A DNA stretch of 64,000 nt from Geosiphon pyriformis uo1 (Eukaryota > Fungi > Glomeromycota), in the NCBI GenBank assembly GCA_016748015.1, contig JAAOMT010000076.1, positions 1-64,000 of the forward strand, in the 5' to 3' direction. The position numbers and the translations under genes were made by a program. The notes under the pieces were generated by a model, which did not search any database, was not told the origin of the DNA, and saw only the letters and a list, made by a program, of their open reading frames with translations. Position 1 is the stretch's first letter. Each line of letters begins with the position of its first letter. Shown here one piece after another: positions 1 to 11,199 of this stretch.

Positions 1-322
1 GGATATTTAATTTGAAAGTATGATTTGATAAGTTATGATTTTTATTACTTGATTGATTCTTTCCCAATATTAAAACTACTGTATATATACATGTTTGTAG
101 TTCTACGAGAAAATACTTTCTTTTTGATATTTCAACCTGGTGCTTGCTGCTATCACCAGTTGGTGTTGGCTGCTATTGTGAACTGGTGCTTGCCACTATC
201 GCGAGATGGTGTTTGCTACTATGTTAATCATTACCTTTCTAAGATTATTACTGTGCTATATTATGATTGAATAGTTTGTATTATTTTTATGATTCTTTTT
301 GCTAAATTCTTAAACCGTAACA
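1..322. mobile_element. Terminal part of an LTR from a second LTR-retrotransposon family, inserted in an ORF1-only element
   Basis: Ends in ...ccGTAACA (322), the same terminal hexamer as the other LTRs, but does not otherwise align to them. The ORF1-only reading frame resumes directly after it (RDRFKAKL). Contains a 46-bp tandem duplication (137-182/183-227). The other end is outside the window. Confidence 0.6.
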
Positions 323-1349
323 TCGTGATAGGTTTAAGGCTAAATTGATCAACCTTCTTTCTGGCTGTATTGTCTTTGAAATCAGTAATATGGTTTCTCA
401 AGTTGATGGTTGGTTTGTTTTATTCCTCAGTCTTTTGATTCTGGGTGTCATTTTTGTTTTGCTCTGATTATGTTTGACTCTCAAGCTGATTTAGACTTTG
501 CTGTTGTTAAAATTAGTACACTAAGAAAGTGCCATATCTAGTGAAAAACTTCTGGTTGTTGGCATTGTTTTCGGTGTTAAGAGATAGACCACTTGGCCAT
601 AGACTGTAAGGTTGCTTCACCTCCTCTTTCTAAGGCTCTTAAGATGTTTAAACTGTATTTTGTTGGTTCTTTGTCTTATGCAAAGGCATCTGTTTTCCCT
701 GTTCTTTCAGAGTTTTTTTCTTTGGTGGCTGCTGCTCCTCCTGTTGTTGTTGTAGATTTTTTGGTGTTTTTTCGGCTGGTGTCTCTGGAATCTGATTTGG
801 CCAAGCTTTTTGTTTTAGTTGAATCTATTGTTAAGCTTGTTGGCTCTATGGTCAAAGTTTTTAAACAATTTGTTAATAGTGATCTGGTTTCAAGTTTTGC
901 TCTTGGCCTCAGAGTCAATGAGGTTTTGGTTTACATGGGTACCTTTAACAGAGCTGTTGATAAGTTGGAGTGAGAAGTGGTCACTCTAAAAACTGAGTGT
1001 GGTTTTGAGAACATTGATATGTCTGGCCTTCATGTAAGTTTATCATTTTTTGATAATAATATGTTTTCTAATTTAATGTCTCTTTGGAAACATGAATCTG
1101 CTGCTATAAAGGCTGATGTCTTTAAAACAGCTGAGTGGTTGGTTGGATTGGTTAATAATAGTATTACATTATTTGAGATTGTTTAAAAGATGTCTTCTTT
1201 GGGTAAGTTTTCTTCTGGTACATCAATATAGTATAGCCTGAACTGGCTTGAGTAGCTGGTTACATATAGTAAGTACATAAATCATATTTAGCCTTAGATC
1301 TTTTAGCTTAGTCCTAATTTCTAGATAATGGGCCATACTTATTAAACTC

Positions 1350-1409
<60 letters not shown>
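323..1409 (+). mobile_element. ORF1-only (HAL1-like) non-LTR element, copy 1 (3' half)
   Basis: Degenerate ORF1 with a CX2CX4HX4C knuckle (CFRC*EIDHLAIDC, 566-607) and a coiled-coil-like C-terminus; stop TAG at 1229-1231. A ~120-nt LINE-type 3' UTR and a (TAA)n/A tail follow immediately, with no ORF2. Collinear with 44420-45468 and 53700-54161. Confidence 0.8.
1351..1404 (+). repeat. (TAA)18 microsatellite, the 3' tail of the ORF1-only element
   Basis: Perfect TAA repeat directly after the ATTAAA of the 3' UTR. Confidence 0.95.
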
Positions 1410-2287
1410 TACAGATAAAAATTTAAAAAGTGAAGATAAATTTTTGTTTTTGCTATTTATATATTAAGATAAAATTGTTCTTAAAAATATATTATATTAT
1501 TGTAAAAAACAACATAGTAAAAAAGTTAATTAAAACTTTTTTAAAATTTTGAAAGTATTAATTTGTGATATTATTCTTAAAGTTCAAGAAAAAAAAATAG
1601 CTGTAAATAGATAGTTTTTTCGAATATTAAAAATAAAAAATATATTAAATAAATTAAAGTTTGTACTTTTTTTAAAGAAGTTTTGAAATTAATAAATAAC
1701 TGGTTAAATATTTTTGCCTTTGTTTTTATATTTTTTATTAGTATATTTATTTTTTAATATTAAATAACTAGTTAATTAATATTATTAATATTCTATTATT
1801 TAACTTAAAAAAATTAAACATATTAATAAAAAATATGAAAACAAAGACAAAAATATTTAACTTATTATTTATTAATTTTAAAACTTTTTAATATAGTTTT
1901 ATAGATATTTAAAATATTTAATTAATTATTATATTATATATAAATTATATAATAAAATATTGATTATTTTCTATAGTTTTATTTTTTTATAGTCATTACA
2001 AATTTGTTAATCAAAGAGTATAATTATAAAGAAAGTTTATTGTAGTTTTTAATTATAATAATAAAATATTTTTATTTATTTTAAATGTTTTAAAACTGTT
2101 AAAATAGTTTTTGTTTACTAATTAATTTTAATAATTAAGAATAATATAAAATTTTTTTAATAAAAAAAACAATATTTTTTATAATATATTTAAAGTTAAA
2201 TTAGGTATTTTTTGGTTATATTATTTTTAAAATTAGTAAATTAATTTTTAAATTTAAAATTACATTTGTTTTATTTTTGTTTCTTTA

Positions 2288-2289
<2 letters not shown>

Positions 2290-2318
<29 letters not shown>

Positions 2319-5300
2319 TAAATGAATATAGTTTAGTTACTATTTAGTGTATAGAATCAAACTAAATAATCCTAACTAAATACAACTTATGTACTTATTA
2401 CATGTGACTAGCTACTTAAATAATCTAAAAAATACTATATATTTATATGCACAATTAAACTATCATCTAAACCAGAAAAAAAGACACAAGACAAATATCT
2501 ACTAAAACTTATTGCTATTAATTTAACAATATTTAGTATACAAACTATTTTATCTAATAATCTTATATAGAGTCTATTAACTACTGTAGACACAACATTA
2601 TTATTACTTGCCAACTCCAATTTCTCTACTTTAGACTTGAACTTAATCCTAACTAATCATATTACTTGGCAATAAGAATTAATTAATTGGCAAAAAAAAA
2701 CCAATTAATAAAAAAAAAAAATTACTTTTTTTTTATTCTTATGTATTACTAGAACATTTTTGAGCCAATTTCTTATAACAAATTTTTTGTAAAACATTAT
2801 GTATAACTTGACATTAAAAAGACAAGCAGAAAAAATCTACAATACAAAAGAAAAGTTAAAATTTTTTTTCAGTAACCAATAATAATCAATACTTAATATA
2901 ATTTAATATCAAATTTTTCTACTGGCCTACATTTATTAAACATGTAAATAAATAGTCTAAAATCTTTATATTCTCACAAAATAAGCACAAAACACTAGAA
3001 TATAATTTTTTATATAATTTCCTATAAACAGCAATTAAAAGTCTACTATAAATGGCTTTTATTATATAAGTCTTAAACAGAGTTGTAGATTTGCTAATAA
3101 AACCAGCAAGCATATAAGAATTAGAATGTCAAACCAAAACAGTTCTAACTTAATCAATATTATGAATAAAAAAATTTGTAATAATCTTGACACCAGAATC
3201 TGTTTTTTAATAAACACTAAAAATTACTTTATAAATATTCTAAACAAAATGTCAAGAATTATTAGATACCACTATTATCAATGGAATTTTAATCATTAAT
3301 TAACATGAAATTACACTTATAATTCCTATTATTAATTAAGATATATTAATATTATTTTAATTATTATTTATTACTTAATTAAATTATTAAATATTACTAT
3401 TTAATCAATAATCTAATTTGTACAATAGAAATTAAGATGATCAAATTACACAATACTTTGAATTATATAATATTCAAAAATTCACTAAAATTGACAAAAA
3501 TTTGCTAAAATAATAGATAGTTCACTAAAATAATTAATAATTTAATAAAATAATTTGTAATTTGTCAAAATGTATTTTTAATTCATCAAAATCATAGAAA
3601 AAAAAAGTTCAAGTTTATAAACTAGTACTACAACAAATTATATAAAAAAATAGTTTTTTTTTTGAGAAAATATATCTTAACATAAATATTTTCTTTTAGA
3701 TTTATCTTTATTAGTACAATTCAAAAATAAAAATATATTTCAAAAACAATTCTTAAAATAATTACATTTAACATTTCCGAAATTCAACTAACATTTTAAA
3801 ATTGACTAATTACCAATTTTAATAATATGTTAGCAATTTTATGTCTAAATAGAAAGTGATTCTCTTAACAAAATTTCAATTTTTTTATAATTTTTTTATT
3901 TTTTCTTTTTTTTCTTATTATAATCATTAAAGTAGTTTACAAACAAAATTTTTGTAAAAAAGTTGGCTTTTACAGCAAAATAACTACATATTTTAGTAAG
4001 TTTCTAAATGAACAATTCCTGAAAAAAAGTTCATATTTACTACAATATAACTAAACAAAGTAACTGGCATAGAATTGGCTATTTTACTTATAAATCCAGT
4101 GGTTTAAATTATAAAAAAAATTTGAAGATAAATTCAGTTATTAGAAATTTAACTGCTTCCAAAAAACGTGAATTAACAACAAACAAATATTAACAACATT
4201 TAAAAAAAGAGACCAAAAATTTTTAGTAACACTATTATACTATTAGCTATCAAAAAACATTTCAAAATTCCAATGAGAAAAAAAAAGAGAAGTGAATAGC
4301 AGTTCCAGCCAGCTTATTTGCCTAATTTATTTTCAAAAATTTCTGAATAATTCTTAACTTTTAATCAAACTATCTTCAAATTTTTATTTCTTATTAAATT
4401 AGTAACATAATAGTTTTCTATCTAATACTAATTGTAAAAATTAGATTCAGAAGCACTAAGTTCTAAAATACAAATTTTAATAGCTATTTGATTATTCAGA
4501 TACATGACCACCAAACTAGAATAAAGTACACACTTCAAAGCCAAAGCAATAGCTTGCAACTTTGCTATAGTAAAAGACAATATTCTAATAACTCGAATAC
4601 TTACACTCATTCTCATATTTAAGAAATATTTTGCAGTCTTTTTAGCTATCTTTGACAATCTAAAACCCACCAATAAGCTATCTGTGTATATTTTGAAAGT
4701 ATTAACCCAAATTCTATGTAAAAATTTTTTAATTAAGTCATAATTATCTGAATTTAAAATATTATAAAATATTAAGTCCAAGACTCTATTTTGTTCTTAA
4801 CAACAGAATCTAATCCACTCAAAAATTTTGCAATAATAACAAATCAAAATGAAACAAAACCACTTGGATTTAGTTTTTTCTATTAGTAAAACATTTTTCA
4901 AGATATCAATATACTATGCTTGTTCAAGAGTTTGTTACTAAAAGTAACTTCAAATTATTTCAAAAAAACTACTATCTTGTAGTAAACCATCTTTTTTAAG
5001 ATGTTAAACATTAAAATTTTTTTTGAATTACAGAACATTTGTAGTAAGTTGTTAATTAAAAAAATCTTATTGTTCAGAAACACTTTTACTATTCCAACAA
5101 AAAAATTGTTTACAAAACTAATTTTTAATCTAATAGAATACTGCAAAAAATTGGCTGAAACCCAGTTTAAAGCCTATAAATTCAAGAAATGGTAATAAAA
5201 AAACGGTTAAAATACTTTCAGAATTAGCAAACAGAATGACCAAAGCCACTTTATTTTTAGCTTACAACTGTTCAAAAAATTTCAAGTTATACAGCAAAAA

Positions 5301-6195
5301 ATAGTGCAAAGTTTCATTAAGGAAGTCTTTAGATAAATCTGTCTTTAATTTCAATTTTTTCTAATTAAAACATTTTACTTGAAACATATATTAACAAAAA
5401 CAAAACTAAATTGTGTATAGTAATTAACAATAGATTACAAAACAGCAAAGACCAAGTAACAGAACTATTTATTAGATATTGTTTTTTTTTAAAACCACAT
5501 TTGCAAAAAACTTAATATTTAAATAAGCTTTGATTAAACTGGATTTAAAAAGACTTTTAGTGAAAAAAAAAAATCCTAAGTAATAATATAACTCATTTTT
5601 TCTTGTAATTAATATAGAATTTTCACTGATTTCTAAGTAAACATTTTTAATTTTTTTGTTTATAAATATAGCAATTGTCTTGTTATTGTTAATAGAAATA
5701 TTATTAATACTAAAAAATTTACTGACAATATTTAAAATGTACTGTATTAAAACTTAACTATTTTTTACTCAGATAGTATTATCAATAAAGACTTTAGCTA
5801 TGGGAAAAAAAGTTTTTTTTTTGTATTTTTTAATCTGCCAATCTTGAATATAAATTTTATATTAATTTAATAATTACACAAATATTTATGTTTTTTAACT
5901 TTATATAAAAAAGAATCATAAAAAATTTTCCAAAGAAGAGGTGAAAAAACTTTGCTTTGATCTAATCTATTATGTACTCAATAACTTTTTGTAAGACTGA
6001 AATTAGTTATTACATTATTAACTCTATCTTAATATATGCTACCAAAAAAATTTATAAACTGCTTACATATTTTAATGTTTTTTAAGCTATTTTTTAAATA
6101 ATGTTATCTAACAAAGTTATATGATTTACATATATCTTGAAAAACCAATCACAATTTTCTGTTTTTTTCAAAGTGTTCTTAACAATTGAGTTTTT
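2290..6195 (-). mobile_element. 5'-truncated degenerate LINE (RT, RNase H, C-terminal CCHC, 3' UTR, (TAA)n tail), interrupted by a solo LTR
   Basis: Minus-strand remnants: RT (..EKNRE-WLV-QD.., A(F)(V)DDTIW-like near 5770-5795), RNase H IYTDSL...KLQAIALALKC (ORF 4428-4781), zinc finger CLFC (ORF 2919-3113), C-terminus ..FFSGLDDSLIVHINI*. (TTA)n at 2290-2319 is the tail. Confidence 0.85.
3273..4231 (+). mobile_element. Solo LTR of the Ty3/Gypsy family
   Basis: 959 bp aligning along its length with the LTRs at 23250-24209 and 32151-33408. Ends TATTAT(=TGTTAC)...GTAACA. 4-bp TSD CCAC/CTAT (two C>T changes). The host LINE frame (GxVVSGNSRHF) is continuous across the insertion. Confidence 0.9.
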
Positions 6196-6785
6196 AATTT
6201 TGTTTAATAATTAAAATATTCTATTAATATTTTTAGTTTTTAAATTAGTATTTTAAAAAAATTATATTTAATAAAAAATTCTAAATTATTAATATTATTT
6301 TAAATTTTAAAATTTAAACTATTTGGTTTTAAATTAAATTTATAATTAATTACAAAATTTTTAAATTTTATTTTATTAATATTAAATTTTATGTTAAGAT
6401 TTATATTTTTTTGGTCTTTTTTATTATTGTTTTTTTTGGTTGTTTTTACTATTATTATTGTAATTAATTCTGTAAATATTTTATATAATAATATTAATAG
6501 AAATATATTTGTTTAATAATAACTCTTTAAAAGCTTTAAGCACTTAATATAAGTAATATAATTAAATTAAACTTATGTCTAATTATATGTAAAAAATATG
6601 TAAATTATGTTTAATTTAAGACACTTAGTTTATGGTATTGTATTAAATAGTAATTAGACTTAAACATATTGATTATAATAATAATAATAAATAAGCAACT
6701 TAAAAATTAATTATGTTTTTATAAAACCAATTTTTTTTAAATTTAAAAAATGAAAAAAATGAAACCATAATTAATTGGTTAAAAT

Positions 6786-6874
6786 CACGTGGACAATGTC
6801 TACCGTTACTATATTCATTCTATATATCACATGATAATACTACGTGTGTAAGAGATCGGAATCTAGAAAATTTT
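6786..6874 (+). promoter_or_regulatory. Putative UTP15 promoter elements: E-box CACGTG (6786-6791) and RRPE-like GAAAATTTT (6866-6874)
   Basis: Motifs seen 25-115 nt upstream of the ATG. RRPE is typical of fungal ribosome-biogenesis promoters. Both are short motifs, so a chance match is possible. Confidence 0.45.
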
Positions 6875-6899
6875 CGAAATTTGTTGTTTTAAACATACA

Positions 6900-9444
6900 A
6901 TGGCTTCCCCTTTTCGCCCACTTCATATCAAGAAATATCCGAAATTCGTTAATGAAAACCTTTTGGAGTCTGGAAAAATTTGGAAAAAACTGAGAGTATG
7001 TGTCATACAATGTTCGGAAAGTGAAATGCTTCATTTATATTAGTAACCTCACAGTTTGAATCCCGTCTATCCAAAAAGATTGAATCACTTAATCAATTCT
7101 AATCTCCATCGATAAACATATTCTTTTGTGCCCTACCCGATTGTCAATTTTCGTTTCGATCATTTCCAAAACAATTATTGATCACAATTCCTGTCCTTTT
7201 GATCAATTTAAGAATCAAAAATACATTGATGAAACAGCATCCGTCACCTCTATACATTTCTCCCCTGTTGCCCCTTATGATTTCGCGGTCACGTCGTCTA
7301 CCAGAGTTCAAATTTATTCTAAAAAGACACATCAAGTTAAAAAATCTATAGCGCGTTTTAATGATGTGGCATATAGTGGAACAATAAGGAATGATGGAAA
7401 ATTACTGGTGGCAGGTGATGCAACTGGATGCATACAGGTATCTATGTGTTTGTTTCAAGGAGGAATTGGATCTGGGTCGTTTAAAAAGGTCATAAAAAAA
7501 TATAAAAAGTTTTTTTGATCAATTCAGTTATTCGACATCAATAGTCGCGCTATTCTTCGTACTATAAAAGACCACAAACTGTAAGCGAGAAGATTTAAGC
7601 CGTTCAAGCTTTGAATGTGTAGCAATTAATTTAATTAATCTTTATAACCCTGCTATATTAAAGGCCAGTGCAAGTAGCAAAATTTTCCCTTGGAAATAGT
7701 ACACAAATCCTATCTTGTTCAGATGATAAGACTGTGCGATTATGGGATGTCCCAAGTCAGGTAGCACTATCTGTTTTTTCGGATCACAAGGTATTCAGAA
7801 TAAATATGCATAATACAAAAAATCCGATTATTATTGGTTAAATGCTTACTTTTAATTTTAAAAATATAGGATTATGTTCGTGCCGGTACGACAAGCATAA
7901 ATAACCCACACTTGATAGCTTCCGGGTCCTATGATCAGACAATAAAATTATGGGATACCCGCAGTAATCAATGCGAAATTACTATGCAGCATGGCGCTCC
8001 AGTAGAAAGCCTGTTGATATTTCCTAGTGGGGGGATCCTTGTTTCGGCAGGTGAGTAAAGAGTTGATTATAGTAGTATTGGTGATTAATCTTCTTAAAAT
8101 ATTCTGTTGAATTAATAAAGACACTTTATTCAAGGCGGTTCAACTCTCCAAGTATGGGACTTAATTGGAGGTGGACGTCTTGTCCATTCCCTTTCCAACC
8201 ATCAAAAAACCATCACCTCGTTATGTTTCGATTCATCTTATTCTCATATACTCACCGGCTCATTGGATCGACATATCAAAATATACGATGTACAAGATTA
8301 CAAAGTGATACATAGCTTCAAATACAATCATCCGATTTTGAGCGTCGCCTTCTCGGTAATTTTCAATTGATTAATATTTTGCTATTTATCATGCGTCCCC
8401 AAGTCGCAAAATTGAGTTCGTTTGGCTAACATCTATATGGAGATAGCCAGATGACACATGTTTAGTAACTGGTATGACTTCAGGTCAAATGGCTATTCAA
8501 CAACGTAAATCACGTTCGAAAGATACGGCCATGGCCCTTAATAAAAAGCAAGAGGAACGGAAATTGTTTGGAGGTACTTGGGAATTCTTCAAGCGTGGGC
8601 AGAATTACGATGGTATAGAGGTAAATTCAAATAAACCACCTACCACGTTTTCACAATCAATAAGATCAACTTATATTTCTTGCTCTGATCGATTGCTGAG
8701 AATAGGAAGACGTTAGAGTAGAGGGAACACGTGAGAAAAAATTAGCTAAATATGATCAATACCTACGGGGATTTCGTTATTCAAATGCCTTGGACGCGGC
8801 ACTAGCACCGGTGAATATATATTTGTCATTTCATTTGGTTTCACCTCGATTGATTTGCATCTTTATCGATCTTCTTGGCAAGCTTGCGTTATATTCTAAA
8901 GGGTAACCAAACAATCATCGGGATTGCCATGATTATTGAACTTATACACCGAGACGGTTTGCGACAAGCACTTGCTAATCGAAATGAAGACTCTTTAATA
9001 CCCATAATAAGATTTATGATGAGAAATATCACAATTCTGATGTACAGGAACCTCTTAATAGATGTGGGGGAGATATTATTAGGTGAGAATCTTCTTTTAT
9101 GATTAGTTTCTTATGAAAGATAATAGACCATCTACAATTGCTATAGTTATTCTGATTTTTACTATATAGATCTTTACAGCGGCTCTTTTGGGCATAAACC
9201 TTCTCCGGTCATTGAAGAATTCAGGAAGCTAGTTCGAAAAGTGGCAGATGAAATAAGGATTCAAAAAGAATGTTTGAAAATATTAGGGTCACTTCGAATG
9301 GTCATTTCCTCAGCGGATCGTGTACATTCAGTCAGTACTATATCAGAGAAGGAGACCCGATTAGAAGCTTCCGTGATTCCAGGCGTAGAGACTTCCCTTA
9401 AAACAGATATGAATAATGATGAGGCGTACATGCAGATTGATTAG
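6900..9444 (+). CDS. UTP15: U3 snoRNA-associated protein 15 (SSU processome, WD40 + UTP15_C), 10 exons, 545 aa
   Basis: Hand-spliced GT-AG exons: 6900-6995, 7213-7437, 7528-7580, 7664-7790, 7870-8050, 8135-8355, 8447-8620, 8706-8810, 8902-9082, 9170-9444 (1638 nt, open frame). Diagnostic segments: SIHFSPVAPYDFAVTSSTRVQIY, SCSDDKTVRLWD, SGSYDQTIKLWD, HGAPVE, SNHQKTITSL, TGSLDRHIKIYD, KYDQYLRGFRYSNALD, ELIHRDGLRQALANRNE. Confidence 0.95.
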
Positions 9445-10169
9445 CAGAATTGATAAGAATCCACTTCGTGATTTGCAATTATTCTTGGTGGTGAAAATAA
9501 ACCTATTTTACGCTAGACTGATATAACCTTTTTTTCAATGCTGCGATCTGCTTTTGAGTCTAGGTCATGTAAGGTTCCTGCTAGAATTTCATCAGCCTAT
9601 TATTATGAAGAGCGCATCTCTTGCCTTGAAGTTATCCTATCAAGTAAATTATTTTCAAATTTGGCGAAAATCAATTTTATGTAAAAGTTGATTTTTTGAA
9701 TTTTGCAGGTTTTTAAGAAACTCGACCAAAAGGAAGCTTGCATTATGTATTAACTCAAATTTGAGTCACCCTTCACTCAAAGTAATATTAATTATGAAGT
9801 CAAATATTGATTTCATTTTTTAACTTGAGTTAATTATTTCATTAATGTGATTATTTGACTAAAGATCATTTTAGGACAAAAAAACTGTACTTCAAAATGT
9901 TGAAACGTTGGAATGATTATAATGATAAGCAATTTAAATTGGGATATGTAGTTTCGTGTCCCAGCATTAATGCCAATTTTTATAATAATTGAATTGCAAA
10001 ATTTAAATTTTACAAATTGTCATAATAACTTTTATCCATATTTTGCATTTTATATTAACAAAATGTACGAAAATTGCGTTGTACGAGAATAGTCAGTGGT
10101 TGGATTACACCTTCGACAGGAAAAAAAAATATGAACAAATAAATTATTATGATTAGTGCTTGTATAAAT

Positions 10170-10980
10170 TTATCATAAGATTTTTCAAGTTAAGCTTTGT
10201 ATCATCTATTACTTTATAATTTGAAATTTTTTGAGCAGATTCAAGCTAAAAGTAAGATTGTAGCATTATTAATATTTTTAAATGCTTCTGGCATTGTCAA
10301 TTTGTTTAATTACAGGTTTTTGGATTTGCAGATTACTGTATAGGCTCCAATAAATCTTTTGTAGTTTTTTATTAAGTTAAAAATTAACTCAGTCAACAAT
10401 TTTTTGGCAAACATGGTTAAAATTCTTATGGATTATAAAATTGTTTTGGTAAACTTACTTTCTACAGTTTTTTATTTAAGAAATAGTTAAGTATATTAAG
10501 TATTAAACATTATTTTTATGTAATTGGTTTCTTAAAAAGATTTAATGTGGTTTTTATCAATTAACTGATAGATAAAAATAGATAAGTGTTTAAGTAAAAA
10601 ACATTTTAATAGAAGTATTTCGACTTTAAGAATTTTATATTTTTGTGGTTTAAAGCGATGATCTATTTTTTTTTAAACTAAAAATATTAAATTAGCTTTA
10701 TTATATATAAATAATATTCATAATTTTTATGGTTTTTATAATTTAAATTGTTTTATATTAGTTTAAAATAGTTTAATTAAAGCTAATTTGTGAGCAATTA
10801 AAGTTTTTACAAATGGTTTTTTAAGAGAATTGAATTCTTGTAAAGTAGTTTATAATATATTAACATTTTTTAAGAAACTAAAGATAATTATTAGTATTTA
10901 TATTCATGTTTAAAAATTAGTTTTTTTAATGCTAACTAAACTACAAACTATTTTTTAATACTCAAGTGTATTTTTGCAAT
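10170..10980 (+). pseudogene. Heavily decayed LINE ORF2 fragment (post-RT region to RNase H)
   Basis: Remnants LYHL-LYNLKFFEQIQAKSK and FNYRFLDLQI, RNase H-like VFTNG-L, and TKLQTI; align with 14200-15000 and 47200-48060. Confidence 0.75.
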
Positions 10981-11199
10981 TATTTTTAAATAAAAAAAAA
11001 GTAAATTGTTAATTTTATGCATAATAAAAACATTTTTGTAAGTTAAACTAAAGTTAAAAAATACTTTAATATAGTTAATAATAATATAGTTAATAAGTTG
11101 GCATAATAAAACAACAAAAAAAACTTTTTTTTCTTCTATATCCTAAATTTACAGAAAGATTACATTTGTTAAAAAAAGTTTTATTTATTTAATACAATA

